From: an uncultured delta proteobacterium
GTDB taxonomy: Bacteria; Desulfobacterota; Binatia; UBA9968
DNA: 64,000 nt
Direction of reading: 5' to 3'
Assembly: GCA_963728565.1 (NCBI GenBank)
Contig: CAVSLC010000010.1
Coordinates: 192,001-256,000 of the forward strand
Below the pieces are notes generated by a model that saw only the letters and a program-made list of their open reading frames with translations, did not search any database and was not told the DNA's origin. How positions within the stretch are numbered: position 1 is the stretch's first letter; every line of letters begins with the position of its first letter. The translations under genes were made by a program, and so were the position numbers. This document shows, piece by piece, positions 63,671 through 64,000 of the stretch.

Positions 63671-63901
63671 AGTGGATAACTTTGTTGATAACTGAGGGAC
63701 GCCCGCCGGGACACGTCGTTCAGTACCGCTGCCGAGCGAATTGCCTTCGTAGTGGGCATCAAGACCAGTAATATTTCAGTAGCTTACGAACGTATTGGAT
63801 TATTGGGAAGTTCTCACGCCGACGTAATTTTTACCGTTTTTGGCAATCTTTGGCATGATTGGACAATACTTCCCTAAGCTGGCCATTGACACTTATCCAC
63901 A
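63671..63901. promoter_or_regulatory. DnaA-box cluster
   Basis: AGTGGATAA (63671), TGTTGATAA (63683) and a perfect TTATCCACA (63893) next to TTGACA. Confidence 0.5.
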
Positions 63902-64000
63902 TGGCTCTGTTGGCAATTCCTGATCGGAGTACATGCCGGTTAGCGACATTGCAAAGCCTACTCGGATGATCCAACGGCGCAGATTCAAAGTATCTAAAAA

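Overview
This is a GC-rich bacterial chromosomal window. Its gene content (many orphan NMT1, TctC and ABC_sub_bind solute-binding proteins, plus amidohydrolases) suggests a Candidatus Binatia or deltaproteobacterial soil organism; that is an inference. Most of it is metabolic or housekeeping genes: gloB, corA, fxsA, a GH63-like glucosidase, ptrB, argJ, aqpZ, an ECF sigma/anti-sigma pair, yjbQ and rlmD. Six things stand out. (1) Two ORFs at 12928-14076 form one AhpD/CMD-like gene with an in-frame TGA in a CxxU motif followed by a SECIS-like hairpin, so it is probably an unannotated selenoprotein. (2) A head-to-tail array of 7 ABC_sub_bind paralogues plus a remnant (33.7-41.2 kb) has no permease. 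Its junctions carry 7-nt tandem repeats, often as inverted arms enclosing the next start codon, and an eighth copy is fused to a histidine kinase. (3) A highly structured ~430-nt intergenic region at 20.2-20.6 kb is a candidate ncRNA with raiA-like motifs. (4) There are four copies of a ~110-155 bp MITE-like element whose terminal repeats covary. (5) A decayed island at 12.4-15.7 kb holds a RAYT remnant, a DUF1156-like tail and hicAB. (6) DnaA-box-like sites lie at the right end. Frameshifts cluster at 27-32 kb and 37.6-37.8 kb and may be sequencing errors. All family calls come from motif recognition; no database searches were run.
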